Shown: positions 19,659 through 30,211 of the stretch, piece by piece
How the letters are laid out: every line of letters starts with the position of its first letter
Position numbering within the stretch: position 1 is the first letter of the stretch
Assembly: GCA_003599025.1 (NCBI GenBank)
Contig: QZIL01000093.1
Span: 24,512 to 88,511, forward strand
Length of the DNA: 64,000 nucleotides
Origin: Nitrospiraceae bacterium
GTDB taxonomy: Bacteria; Nitrospirota; Thermodesulfovibrionia; UBA6902
Direction: 5' to 3'
Program-made: the position numbers and the translations under genes
Notes under the pieces: generated by a model
The model's database searches: none
What the model was told of the DNA's origin: nothing
Seen by the model: the letters and a program-made list of their open reading frames with translations, nothing else

Positions 19659-21557
19659 ATGTATTTGGAAAAAATAAAAAGCCCGGCAGACATAAAGAAA
19701 CTTTCAATTACTGACCTGAAAGAACTTGCACAGGAATTGAGGGAGATAATCATTCAGACCGTTGCTACCAACGGGGGGCATCTCGCTTCGAATCTCGGAA
19801 CAGTGGACCTGACTATCGCACTTCATTATGTGTTTAATTCCCCGGAGGACAAGATAATCTGGGACGTAGGCCACCAGGCTTATACTCACAAATTACTTAC
19901 CGGCAGATTTGATTTGTTTCCTACTATCAGAAAGTATAAAGGCCTTTCCGGATTTCCGAAAATGACTGAAAGCCCCCATGATTCCTTTGGCACGGGCCAC
20001 AGTTCTACTTCAATATCCGCAGCGCTCGGTATTCTGGAGGGACGGGACCATAACAGGAAAAAATTCAAGGTCATCCCGGTAATAGGTGACGGTGCACTTA
20101 CTGCAGGACTCGCCTTTGAAGGGCTTAACCATGCCGGACATTTAAAGAAGGACATTATTGTCATTCTTAATGATAATGAGATGTCGATTTCTCCCAATGT
20201 TGGCGCACTGTCCGCATATCTTCGGAGATTGATGATGGGGGACCTGTATACAAAATTTAAAAAAGAGACCAAGCTGTTCCTCGAAAGAATCCCCGGTGTA
20301 GGCGAGCCGGTCCTCAAGATTGCCCAGAAGGCCGAGGATACAGTAAAGGGGCTTTTTGTACCGGGCCTGCTTTTTGAAGAACTCGGATTTGAATATGTCG
20401 GACCTGTGGACGGACATAAAATAGATGCCCTGATAGAGACTCTGAACACCTTTAAGGACTTTCCGGGGCCTGTCCTTATTCATACAATTACAAAGAAGGG
20501 TAAGGGATATGAGCCTGCTGAGAAAAACCCCTGGAACTTTCACGGGGTCGGGCCTTTTGATATTGAGACAGGTGAGTCTCAGCCTTCATCCAGAAAATCA
20601 TACAGCGAAATATTCGGCAACTGTCTTACCAGACTCGCTGCAGAAGACAATCGTATAATTGCTATAACCGCAGCAATGACAGAGGGTACAGGCCTTTCTG
20701 AATTCGTAAGGTCCTACCCTAAAAGATTTTACGATGTGGGAATAGCCGAACCTCATGCTGCTACCTTTGCGGCAGGTCTTGCCAGTCAGGGGCTGAAACC
20801 TGTGGTAGCAATTTATTCTACATTTCTCCAGAGGTCATATGATGAGATCATCCATGACATCTGTCTGCAGGACCTGCCGGTCGTTTTTGCCATTGACAGG
20901 GCCGGGATAGTCGGAGATGACGGGCCTACCCATAACGGGACCTTTGACCTTTCCTATCTCAGGCATATACCTAACCTTATCGTCATGGCACCTAAAGATG
21001 GGTATGAACTCAGATGCATGCTTAAGACAGCGTTGTCACTGAATAAACCTGCGGCCATAAGATATCCGAGAGGATCTGTAATCGATAGTAAGGAGGATTC
21101 AGAATTAAAAAGTATCACGTTAGGGACGGCCGAGGTAGCAAGAGAAGGAAAGGACATCCTGATCCTGGCTGTCGGAAATACTGTTGAGCCGGCTATTGCT
21201 GCTTCTGAACTTCTTGCAGGTGCTGATATTGATGCATGCATTGTAAATGCAAGATTTGTTAAACCGCTTGATATCGAACTGATCTCCCGCTATGCAAAAG
21301 AAATCGGACATGTACTCACAGTCGAGGAAAATGCGGTTTCCGGCGGTTTTGGCAGTGCAGTTCTGGAGGAACTCACTGCATATGGGGTATCGGGGCTGAA
21401 CTTCAGGATGCTCGGGCTTCCGGACAGATTTATTGAACATGGCACGCAAAGTCTCCTGAGACAGCAGTTGGGCCTTGATGCAGAAGGTATTGCACGGGAG
21501 GCTTTGGCCCTGGTCGGTAAAAAGCATAATGCCTTGAGCAGCCGTCCAGCCACTTAG
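19659..21557 (+). CDS. dxs: 1-deoxy-D-xylulose-5-phosphate synthase
   Basis: 632 aa; GGHLASNLGTVDLTIALHYVF, the TPP-binding motif (GDGALTAG) and transketolase-like C-terminus. Confidence 0.95.
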   Translation: MYLEKIKSPADIKKLSITDLKELAQELREIIIQTVATNGGHLASNLGTVDLTIALHYVFNSPEDKIIWDVGHQAYTHKLLTGRFDLFPTIRKYKGLSGFPKMTESPHDSFGTGHSSTSISAALGILEGRDHNRKKFKVIPVIGDGALTAGLAFEGLNHAGHLKKDIIVILNDNEMSISPNVGALSAYLRRLMMGDLYTKFKKETKLFLERIPGVGEPVLKIAQKAEDTVKGLFVPGLLFEELGFEYVGPVDGHKIDALIETLNTFKDFPGPVLIHTITKKGKGYEPAEKNPWNFHGVGPFDIETGESQPSSRKSYSEIFGNCLTRLAAEDNRIIAITAAMTEGTGLSEFVRSYPKRFYDVGIAEPHAATFAAGLASQGLKPVVAIYSTFLQRSYDEIIHDICLQDLPVVFAIDRAGIVGDDGPTHNGTFDLSYLRHIPNLIVMAPKDGYELRCMLKTALSLNKPAAIRYPRGSVIDSKEDSELKSITLGTAEVAREGKDILILAVGNTVEPAIAASELLAGADIDACIVNARFVKPLDIELISRYAKEIGHVLTVEENAVSGGFGSAVLEELTAYGVSGLNFRMLGLPDRFIEHGTQSLLRQQLGLDAEGIAREALALVGKKHNALSSRPAT

Positions 21558-21649
21558 AACAAATAATGCAGCCATTGAAAAATAAATTAATTAATTTTCC
21601 AACATCTGCTTTATTTGAAATGCATTTTCTTGGTTGAAATTACTTTTCT

Positions 21650-22396
21650 ATGGGTTCCAGCGCTTTAAAAAAATCCCGCCTTGACATTATATTGGTTGAA
21701 AAAGGTCTTGTGGAAAGCAGAGAAAGGGCAAAGGCCCTGATCCTTGAGGGCAGTGTCCTTGTAAACGGAATTGTTGTAGACAAGGCCGGAGCGCTCGTGC
21801 GGCTGGACGACGAAATGACAGTGGTAAATAAAATGCCTTATGTCAGCCGGGGCGGTCTTAAGCTTGAACATGCGATCCGGGAATTTAATATTGACGTAAA
21901 AGGCAAAACAGCAATGGATGTGGGCGCTTCCACCGGCGGCTTTACAGACTGCCTGTTGCAGAACGGCGTGAGGAAGGTCTTTGCGATTGATGTGGGATAC
22001 GGGCAGTTCAGCTGGATATTGAGGACTGATGAAAGAGTAGTGCTATTTGAAAAGACAAACATCAGGTATCTTGATAACGACTTGATATACGATGAAATAG
22101 ATATTGCTGTCATAGATGTATCTTTTATCTCTCTTCTTAAAGTCATCCCCAATGTCCTGGGATTTCTGGGACACTCAGGGGTCATTGTCGCATTGATCAA
22201 ACCTCAGTTTGAGGCAGGCAGAAAAGACGTTGGAAAAGGAGGGGTTGTCAAAAGCGAAGACAAGCGGCTTGAGATTATTCAAAATATCAAAAACGAAACA
22301 GCAAAAATGGGCCTTGATATTTTAGGTGTAACACCGTCTCCAATCAAGGGCCCAAAAGGAAATGTAGAGTACCTGCTTTATTTACGAAAACCCTGA
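21650..22396 (+). CDS. tlyA: TlyA family rRNA (cytidine-2'-O)-methyltransferase
   Basis: 248 aa; S4 domain (RLDIILVEKGL) plus FtsJ-like MTase (DVGASTGGFTDCLL). Confidence 0.85.
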   Translation: MGSSALKKSRLDIILVEKGLVESRERAKALILEGSVLVNGIVVDKAGALVRLDDEMTVVNKMPYVSRGGLKLEHAIREFNIDVKGKTAMDVGASTGGFTDCLLQNGVRKVFAIDVGYGQFSWILRTDERVVLFEKTNIRYLDNDLIYDEIDIAVIDVSFISLLKVIPNVLGFLGHSGVIVALIKPQFEAGRKDVGKGGVVKSEDKRLEIIQNIKNETAKMGLDILGVTPSPIKGPKGNVEYLLYLRKP

Positions 22397-22411
22397 CCGG
22401 GGCATCCGTAA

Positions 22412-22657
22412 TTACGATAAGACCAGTTCGTCCTCATTTTCAGGAGCATGTTCCTCTTCTACCTCAATTTCCTTTATCTTTCTTCTTTTTTTGGCAAGGC
22501 TGTCTTCCTTGATTTTCATCAGTAACTGTTCTACGCTCTCACAATATTTTTCTATTTCATCGTCGGTATATGGTTTGTTTTTGCTATGTTTTTGTTTTAG
22601 TACCATTTTTCTCTCCTTTATCAGGGCCATCTTCCCTGATAAAGACAGATGGCACAT
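22412..22657 (-). CDS. small Lys/Glu-rich hypothetical protein
   Basis: 81-aa ORF (or 72 aa from MALIKERK); no similarity recognised. Confidence 0.3.
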   Translation of the reverse strand: MCHLSLSGKMALIKERKMVLKQKHSKNKPYTDDEIEKYCESVEQLLMKIKEDSLAKKRRKIKEIEVEEEHAPENEDELVLS

Positions 22658-22795
22658 CCGGTATTACCCGGCCTCCAATCTGCCTATAAAAATAATATAG
22701 TGCTTCTTGGCAAAACATAACATGATATTTATCATATCGGACGACACGTTAATAATTAGATTCCGCTGTGGAAAGTGATTTCCACTTACCTGAAT

Positions 22796-22865
22796 GTCAT
22801 TTCGAACGGAGTGAGAAATCCAAACATGCTGCGAATGCAAGATTTCTCCCGTTGGTCGAAATGAC
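22796..22865. repeat. family-B palindromic element (GTCATTTCGA..GAGAAATC..GATTTCTC..TCGAAATGAC)
   Basis: nested inverted repeats; second copy at 27334..27405. Confidence 0.65.
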
Positions 22866-22950
22866 AATGTTCCCTGAATATTCTTATTTCAGGTTTCCGC
22901 AAGAGTTCTAACATAAGGAGTTGAGAAGGTAAGACGTTATCAAGTCGACT

Positions 22951-23451
22951 CTATATTGTTCTGGTAAATGCGTGGAGATAGTCTATCTCTTCAGCGCAGG
23001 AGCCTACCCCGTATTCTGAAGTCCCGTATAATATTTTCGTGATATGCAGCTGTGAAGACTTATCTAACTGGCGGATTTTCCGGAATGAGTACGTGCCGGC
23101 CAGAATCAATCCTGTCAGTCCGGATGCTACGTCTAAGGAATTGACTCCTGTATACTGGGAAAGGACCTGTCCTGCGTATGCAGCAAGAAACAGGACAATT
23201 ACCGGGAGTATGAAAGCCAGAAAATATCCTTTTATATGTATGGTCTTATCAAGCCCCAGCTCCACGGTATCACCTCTCTCAGCGCCGAGCTGATTACCTA
23301 CTTTGAGCACCATGCCCGCCCCGCTCTTCCCGCATATCCCGGCCTGTGCCTTTCCGCATTCCCGGCAGGACTTGCTCTTGTTTGTTATTACGAGCGCACT
23401 GGTACCCTCGGCCTTGAGGACTGTACCTGTTTCGATGTCTGAGCTTTGCAT
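22951..23451 (-). CDS. RseC/MucC family (SoxR-reducing system) Fe-S membrane protein
   Basis: 166 aa; N-terminal SCRECGKAQAGICG cysteine cluster, then two TM helices. Confidence 0.55.
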   Translation of the reverse strand: MQSSDIETGTVLKAEGTSALVITNKSKSCRECGKAQAGICGKSGAGMVLKVGNQLGAERGDTVELGLDKTIHIKGYFLAFILPVIVLFLAAYAGQVLSQYTGVNSLDVASGLTGLILAGTYSFRKIRQLDKSSQLHITKILYGTSEYGVGSCAEEIDYLHAFTRTI

Positions 23452-23666
23452 GGTTATATTTTATTAGAATGGGATGAGCTTTGGTATGATGTATATCATC
23501 CTGGAAAAGCATTTATCTGCAGATTATCACAGATGAAAGAAAGAAGCGGAGAGCATACCTGTAAATTACATTTAACAGAATTCACTAAATGTACAATGCA
23601 GCCTTGACCTGCGCATCTTGTGAGTATGTGGGGCAATTCAGCTGAAAGCTGACGCCTGGCCACTTC

Positions 23667-24293
23667 CTATAAAAAATCATTAACAAAATAATTTGTCTTT
23701 TTCTCCATTCCAACAGTGCTCTCAGGGCCATGGCCTGAATATACTTTTGTGTTTTCGGGTAAACTGAGAAGGCGTCTGAAGGATTTCTTGAGCGCTTCCA
23801 TACTGCCTCCGGGAAAGTCGGTCCTTCCGACAGAGCCCTTAAAAAGGGTGTCCCCGGTTATCAATATACCATTGCCATGCAGACATATCCCTCCGGGGCT
23901 GTGGCCGGGGGTGTGCATGACCTTTAAGCTGAAACTGCCGACCTGGATATTATCTCCTTCATCAATAAAGCCGTCAGGCTGCGGAATATCGTCAAAGTCA
24001 TACCCCCAGAAAGCGGCCTGGTCCTTGGCTGTCTCATATACCTGCTGGTCCTCCCTGTGGATCAGTATTCTGGCCCCGGTCGCTTTCTTGATATCGCCTA
24101 CCGCTCCCACGTGATCAAAGTGGGTATGAGTGCATATTATGGAATGCACCTGCAGGCCCTTGTCTTTAATTATTTCGATAATCCTGTCGGGTTCGTCTCC
24201 GGGATCTACGATAATGGCCTGTTTTGTCACTTCATCTCCGATGATATAAGTGTTTTCCTCAAGCGGACCAACAATAAGCCTTTCAAGAATCAT
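23667..24293 (-). CDS. MBL-fold metallo-hydrolase (glyoxalase II-like)
   Basis: 208 aa; CTHTHFDHVGAVGD metal-binding motif. Confidence 0.8.
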   Translation of the reverse strand: MILERLIVGPLEENTYIIGDEVTKQAIIVDPGDEPDRIIEIIKDKGLQVHSIICTHTHFDHVGAVGDIKKATGARILIHREDQQVYETAKDQAAFWGYDFDDIPQPDGFIDEGDNIQVGSFSLKVMHTPGHSPGGICLHGNGILITGDTLFKGSVGRTDFPGGSMEALKKSFRRLLSLPENTKVYSGHGPESTVGMEKKTNYFVNDFL

Positions 24294-24488
24294 GCACTTT
24301 CTCCTTTGTTATGTAGGGTCTGTATATTATAATAAAAACCCGGAACTAGTGAAACAGGCCACGATGGATACAGGGTTTATTTTCTGACTGCGTTAGCAGT
24401 TCCCTGATCATTACACTTGAATCCCCGGCCCTCAAATTGTTTACATCCATTTAAACTTTCAGGCTAAGGAACTATAATTATAAATACC

Positions 24489-25298
24489 ATGAAATATCTT
24501 GACCTCTATAAACTCCTTAATAAATCAAACTGCCGTGCCTGCGGGCTGCCGACCTGCATGGCGTTTGCTCATGCTGTTATCAACAGCGGGAAGAAAATCG
24601 GGGATTGTCCTCATCTTAATAAGCACGTTGTAGAAGGCCTGAATGCAAAAATTGTAAGGAGAGACCAGGGCAGGGAATATGAGTTGGCAATCCGGAATCT
24701 CAAAAAAGCGGTATCCGGTATGAATTTCAGTATTATGGCAGATGCCTTAGGGGCCAGGATTGTCGGGGGCAGGCTCTGCATTAAATGTCTGGGCAGGGAT
24801 TTTTATATAGATACTAATGGTAATGTTGAATCTGACTGCCACATAATCACGTGGGTCACATTGCCGCTGCTCAGCTATATAAAATCAGGAGGAGGCCCCG
24901 GACTGTCAGGCAGGTGGGTATCGTTTGAGGAGCTGAAAAACGGGCCTTCCATGCTCAATTTTTTCAACAGGAGATGCATAGAGCCCTTAAGGCAGATAGC
25001 AGAATCCCACACAGACATCTTCTTTGACCTGCTTGATATTTTTGGAGGGCAGGAAATAGAGGGATTTACTTCTGATTACTCACGCATTATTTATCCGCTT
25101 CCCAGGGTGCCTTTCCTTGTCCTGTACTCGAGGCCTGAAGGGGAATTTCAATCGCGCATCAATATACTCTTTGACAGCACAGCAGATGCATTCCTTGAGA
25201 TTGACCCTTTATGTATACTTAGCAGGGGAATAGTGGAAATGTTCAAGAAGCTCATTGATAAACATGAGGAACTGCTGCCGGGACTTCGGGCCATGTGA
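24489..25298 (+). CDS. DUF3786 protein with N-terminal (Fe-S)-binding domain
   Basis: 269 aa; N-terminal CRACGLPTCMAFA...GDCP motif as in the corrinoid Fe-S protein N-terminal domain. Confidence 0.5.
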   Translation: MKYLDLYKLLNKSNCRACGLPTCMAFAHAVINSGKKIGDCPHLNKHVVEGLNAKIVRRDQGREYELAIRNLKKAVSGMNFSIMADALGARIVGGRLCIKCLGRDFYIDTNGNVESDCHIITWVTLPLLSYIKSGGGPGLSGRWVSFEELKNGPSMLNFFNRRCIEPLRQIAESHTDIFFDLLDIFGGQEIEGFTSDYSRIIYPLPRVPFLVLYSRPEGEFQSRINILFDSTADAFLEIDPLCILSRGIVEMFKKLIDKHEELLPGLRAM

Positions 25299-25528
25299 TT
25301 TTATGGTGCATTTACCAGATATATGGACAATGCTGTCTATATGAATAATATTTACTGAAATTCAGGCAGGCACCTGATTTCCTGAACTAACTGATGCTAA
25401 AAGGAATACAGGCTAACGCCTTGACTTTAATTGCTCTTTAAGGTTTAATAATACTCTGTTTTTGACATCCAGAGTCCTGACTCAGATCAAAAGGGACTTT
25501 AAATTATTAAGTATACGGAGGTATCACA

Positions 25529-25825
25529 TTGCCAGCAAAAGCAGCACCAAAGAAAAGCAAATCAGGCATTAAAAGAGCACGTCAGACCGTAGCGATTACC
25601 GTGGAAAACAAGTCTGCAAAGAACATGCTGAAGACACTGTCAAAGAAGGTTGAAAAGGCGGTGGCCGAAAAAAATAAGGACACTGCAGGGACAGCCCTGA
25701 AAGAAATTATTTCCGCGGTTGACAAGGCAGCCAGAAAAGGACTTATTCACAGGAACACAGCATCCAGAAAGGTCTCCCGGCTCACAAAGCTCGTCAATTC
25801 CATACTCCCTTCTGAAGCAGCCTGA
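25529..25825 (+). CDS. rpsT: 30S ribosomal protein S20
   Basis: 98 aa, basic; SGIKRARQ...KNMLKT...AARKGLIHRNTASRK; TTG start. Confidence 0.9.
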   Translation: MPAKAAPKKSKSGIKRARQTVAITVENKSAKNMLKTLSKKVEKAVAEKNKDTAGTALKEIISAVDKAARKGLIHRNTASRKVSRLTKLVNSILPSEAA

Positions 25826-26747
25826 TCAGCAGGACCTCAAGCACAAGCCCCGGTCTCCCCGTTGTCTTGATCCCGAGGTCCGCTTCATGCAGGCTCCGGA
25901 AAATACGGTAAAAGTCGTCTTCTTTATATGAAGGCAGGTATTTGACGAGTGTCCTGTATGTCTTTTCCCGCATCTTGGCAGGCCTCTGTCCGTTGTTTCT
26001 CCAGAGAGTATAAAACTGTTTGAAATGCCAGTTCAGCGTCCCGAGAATGACAGGTGCATCAAAGGCATTTCCTGAAAGCATTGTGTTCAGAATCCTGAAG
26101 GCCCTTGTATTCTGGCCTGCAATCAACGTATCTAACAGGTCAAAAGATGTATATTTTCTCATAGTGCTTGTCGAGGAAATAATGTCTTTGCCTGTTACTG
26201 TCCCGCTCCCCGAAAGTGCGAGTTTTTCGACCTCTGAAATTAACAAACCAACGTCATGTCCCACAAATTCAATCAGCATCTCTACCGCATCAGCAGACAT
26301 TTTTACGCCTTTGCCTGCTGCATAGTTTCTCAGCCATGCAGGGATGTCCCATTCTTTTATATTAAGTGAATAGACCTTCCAGTTGAATTTGAGGGCCGCC
26401 CTGGGTGCATTTTTTGAAAGGACCACCATGCAGGTAGTTGCGGAAGGTCCGTCCAGATATGGCGTCAGCACCTGGACAGCTGAGGCATTAAGCTCGTGAA
26501 AGTCCTTCAGAACAACCAGACGCCGCATTGCCATTACCGGCAGTGTCAATGCAGCATCTACAATTTCCTGCGGTCTTGAAGATGAATCAAACACATCATA
26601 ATTGAAGTCTGCCGGCCCAGAGGCCATAACGGTCTTAACAATCCCGGCGAGCGCTTCATCAAGAAAACAGCTTTCGTCACTCCAGAGAAAATAAAGGGGA
26701 GAGGACACGCCGCTTTCGATCTCTTTCTGGAGGGCCTTATTTAGCAT
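25794..26747 (-). CDS. holA: DNA polymerase III subunit delta
   Basis: 317 aa; LYFLWSDE N-terminus; the holA-lptE-leuS block is conserved. Confidence 0.8.
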   Translation of the reverse strand: MLNKALQKEIESGVSSPLYFLWSDESCFLDEALAGIVKTVMASGPADFNYDVFDSSSRPQEIVDAALTLPVMAMRRLVVLKDFHELNASAVQVLTPYLDGPSATTCMVVLSKNAPRAALKFNWKVYSLNIKEWDIPAWLRNYAAGKGVKMSADAVEMLIEFVGHDVGLLISEVEKLALSGSGTVTGKDIISSTSTMRKYTSFDLLDTLIAGQNTRAFRILNTMLSGNAFDAPVILGTLNWHFKQFYTLWRNNGQRPAKMREKTYRTLVKYLPSYKEDDFYRIFRSLHEADLGIKTTGRPGLVLEVLLIRLLQKGVWN

Positions 26748-27264
26748 ATTCGATAATGATTTTGCTTACTATTTCCTTGGCTATCTCTCTGCAGGCCTTG
26801 TCTGCTGCGGACTCTTTGCGGGCCACGCTTTCATTTACAGTACCGGTGGACTGAAAGGTGATTTTGATAGGCGATGCGACAGAATTGAATTCAGTTATCT
26901 TTCCGTTACTGATCAACCTGAGGTCTACATTCATTATTATCTCCTGCTCCTTCACCGTCTCGTCAACAGCTGCCACGGCCCCCAGCGCGAATGTAATAAT
27001 GGTCGTTTCGAGGACCGCATCAGTGCCTGCTGACCTGACCTCCATCCCCTGGTTTATGAATTCATTGGAGAGGGCCATGTGCATCCTCTCCTCAAGCTTG
27101 GGTTCATAGGTGTTGTTTATGACGGGCTTGATGGTTATTGCATCAAAGGGGAGGGACCCAGAACCGATAAATCTGTATCCGCAGGAGCTGACTAAAATAG
27201 CTAAAATAAAAAAGAGAGGAGTAAAAATAAGAAGATCCTGAAATTTAATTTTTGAATGCTCCAT
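26737..27264 (-). CDS. lptE: LPS-assembly lipoprotein LptE
   Basis: 175 aa; lipobox LVSSCGY; located between leuS and holA. Confidence 0.7.
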   Translation of the reverse strand: MEHSKIKFQDLLIFTPLFFILAILVSSCGYRFIGSGSLPFDAITIKPVINNTYEPKLEERMHMALSNEFINQGMEVRSAGTDAVLETTIITFALGAVAAVDETVKEQEIIMNVDLRLISNGKITEFNSVASPIKITFQSTGTVNESVARKESAADKACREIAKEIVSKIIIEYAK

Positions 27265-27333
27265 ATTATATTCCCTCTTTTCTGCTAACTAGTTCCTGTT
27301 GCGGAAACTATAAAATACTTATGTAGCTGGATG

Positions 27334-27405
27334 GTCATTTCGACCAGCGGGAGAAATCTTTCGGTATTGCAACGGGTTAAGATTTCTCGCTTCACTCGAA
27401 ATGAC
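27334..27405. repeat. family-B palindromic element
   Basis: gtcatttcgaccagcgggagaaatc...gatttctcgcttcactcgaaatgac between lptE and leuS. Confidence 0.65.
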
Positions 27406-27470
27406 ATGTTAATATCAGATTATCACTTTCCTCAACAGATACTGACTACTAACTCCTGACTACTTGCTAC

Positions 27471-29927
27471 TTAAATTACTATATTCACCAGCCGGCCCTG
27501 TACAACTATCACCTTTTTAGGGACACCGCCCTTTATGAGTTCCTGAATTTTCTCATCGCTGAAGGCCGTTTCCCTGACAGTCTCATCATCAAGGCCTGCG
27601 GCTATAGTTGTCCTGGCCCGGACCTTGCCGTTAATCTGAATGACAAGCTCTATCTCGTCATCTTTGGCAATATCATCATCCCAGGACGGCCATTTTTCAG
27701 TACACATTGAGCTGCTTTCCCCAAACTCCATCCAGAGTTCTTCAGAAAAGTGCGGGGCAAAAGGAGAGAGGAGCATAACTAACTGCCGGACGGTATATCT
27801 CAGCAGGTCCCTCTCATCTTCGTCTGAAGGATTGAAGGTCAGTGTCTCGTTGACAAGTTCCATTAATGCTGCAATTGCGGTGTTGAAATGATAGTCGCGT
27901 TCAATGCTGTTGGTGACCTTTTTGATTGTCTGGTGGGTCTTCCGCAGTAATTGAGAAGCGGATGCAGAAAAATGCGATACGTCCTTTAGCTGCCCGCCAG
28001 ACCTTTTGCTCAATATATCGTGGTTTTTGTAGACGAATGTCCATATGCGGTTTAAAAACCGCAGTGCGCCTTCTACCCCCTGGTCAGACCATTCCAGGTC
28101 CCTTTCCGGAGGGGCCGCAAACATGCTGAAAATCCTTACTGTGTCAGTGCCATACCTGTTCACAAGCATGTCGGGGTCCACTACATTGCCCTTTGATTTG
28201 GACATCTTGGCACCGTCTTTTATGACCATGCCCTGTGTAAGCAGGCTCTTGAATGGTTCGCTCACCATGACCAGCCCGAGGTCCCTGAGTACCTTTGTGA
28301 AAAATCTTGAATAAAGCAGGTGCAGCACTGCGTGCTCTATGCCGCCGATATATTGGTCAACCGGCATCCAGTACTGAAGAGGTGAGGTGTTCCCGCCCGT
28401 AAAATTGACCTTGTGATTTCCGCCAAGACAGTAAGCGATAAAATACCATGATGAATCCACAAAGGTGTCCATGGTGTCTGTCTCTCTGCGTGCATCTGCG
28501 CTGCACCGGGGGCACTTTATATTTACAAAGCTTTCAGTTTCTGCAAGCGGAGAAGCGCCTTTCCCTGAGATATGTACGTCTTCAGGAAGAATGACAGGCA
28601 GGTCATCCACCGGAACAGGAACAATACCACAGGACGGACAATAAATTATCGGTATTGGTGTTCCCCAGTATCTCTGACGTGATATACCCCAGTCCCTGAG
28701 CTTGTAATTCACTACCTTGCTGCCGAGACCTTCTTTCTCAATGAACCCTGCGATCTTTTCCCTTGCCTCTTCAGAGGTGAGCCCTGAATACGGCCCTGAA
28801 TCTACGAGGATGCCGTAAGCTTCAAATGCTTCACTCATTGTGGCTGGTTCCTCTGCGGCGTGTTCTTTGCCCCGTATTACGATCCTGATCGGAATGTTAT
28901 ACTTTTTCGCGAATTCAAAGTCCCTCTGATCATGGGCAGGTACGGCCATTACTGCCCCGGTCCCGTATTCCATAAGGACAAAGTTTGCGGCATAGATCGG
29001 TATGCTTTCTCCAGTAAGGGGATTTTCCGCATGGCAGCCGGTGAACACCCCCTGCTTTTCTTCAGGATCATCTGAAAGCGCCCTGATCTGCCTTAGTATA
29101 TCTTCATCTTTTACCAGTTCGTGTATGAGAGGATGTTTACGGGCAACGCTCATGAAGGTAGCGCCGTACAGCGTGTCCTGCCTTGTTGTGAATATCCTTA
29201 ATTTTTTGTCTGAGCCTGTTACCCTGAAATCAACCTCGACACCCTCGCTCCTGCCTATCCAGTTGCGCTGCATGGTCACGACCTTCTCAGGCCAGCCGCT
29301 GAGAGTATCAGCATCTTTCAGGAGTTCCTCTGCATAGTCGGTAATCTTGAAAAACCACTGCTCAAGGTCCTTTTGCACCACAACAGTGTCACAGCGCCAG
29401 CACCCCTCGTTAATTACCTGTTCGTTTGCCAGTACGGTCTCACATGCCGGGCACCAGTTAACAGAGGAGGCCTTTTTATAGGCAAGGCCGCGCTCCAGCA
29501 TCTTAAGGAAAAACCACTGGTTCCACCTGTAATATTCGGGACTGCATGTGGTCACTTCCCGCTGCCAGTCATACACAAGCCCCATCTTTTTAAGCTGGTC
29601 CTTCATGTAAGCGATATTTTCATGGGTCCACTTTGAAGGATGTACCCCGTGTTTTATAGCGGCATTTTCTGCAGGCATGCCGAAAGAGTCCCACCCCATC
29701 GGATGCATAACATTAAAGCCACGCATCTTTTTGTATCTTGTTATAACATCGCCGATAACATAATTCCTGACATGCCCCATGTGTATCCTGCCGGAGGGGT
29801 AGGGGAACATCTCAAGACAGTAGAATTTGGGAAGCCCGGGATCTTCTTTGACTGCAAACAGCTTTTCCCGGTCCCAGAACTCCTGCCACTTCTTTTCTAT
29901 ACTCTGCGCATTATATCTTTCGTCCAA
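27471..29927 (-). CDS. leuS: leucine--tRNA ligase
   Basis: 818 aa; HMGHVRNY (HIGH) and KMSKSKGN (KMSKS) motifs. Confidence 0.95.
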   Translation of the reverse strand: MDERYNAQSIEKKWQEFWDREKLFAVKEDPGLPKFYCLEMFPYPSGRIHMGHVRNYVIGDVITRYKKMRGFNVMHPMGWDSFGMPAENAAIKHGVHPSKWTHENIAYMKDQLKKMGLVYDWQREVTTCSPEYYRWNQWFFLKMLERGLAYKKASSVNWCPACETVLANEQVINEGCWRCDTVVVQKDLEQWFFKITDYAEELLKDADTLSGWPEKVVTMQRNWIGRSEGVEVDFRVTGSDKKLRIFTTRQDTLYGATFMSVARKHPLIHELVKDEDILRQIRALSDDPEEKQGVFTGCHAENPLTGESIPIYAANFVLMEYGTGAVMAVPAHDQRDFEFAKKYNIPIRIVIRGKEHAAEEPATMSEAFEAYGILVDSGPYSGLTSEEAREKIAGFIEKEGLGSKVVNYKLRDWGISRQRYWGTPIPIIYCPSCGIVPVPVDDLPVILPEDVHISGKGASPLAETESFVNIKCPRCSADARRETDTMDTFVDSSWYFIAYCLGGNHKVNFTGGNTSPLQYWMPVDQYIGGIEHAVLHLLYSRFFTKVLRDLGLVMVSEPFKSLLTQGMVIKDGAKMSKSKGNVVDPDMLVNRYGTDTVRIFSMFAAPPERDLEWSDQGVEGALRFLNRIWTFVYKNHDILSKRSGGQLKDVSHFSASASQLLRKTHQTIKKVTNSIERDYHFNTAIAALMELVNETLTFNPSDEDERDLLRYTVRQLVMLLSPFAPHFSEELWMEFGESSSMCTEKWPSWDDDIAKDDEIELVIQINGKVRARTTIAAGLDDETVRETAFSDEKIQELIKGGVPKKVIVVQGRLVNIVI

Positions 29928-30211
29928 TCTGGCCTCCGCTGTTTATAATAGTACTTTATATCTATGGTCTTTACATCTTCAGGGCATCTGACCACTATCG
30001 TTAAAGTGTGTATTTTACCATAAACATTCACTCAAAAAACCAAATCGGGCGGGCTGATTACCCGTTGGATTTAAAAATTAATTTAGTGCTATACTACCTC
30101 TTGATTTTTACAGGAAGATCCAGAAAAAGTTGTCTCTGCATGCTCAAAGCCGGTGTCCAGATTTAATCCTGTAAGGCAATCATTCTGAAAGGTAAGCTCA
30201 GGTCTATTAAT

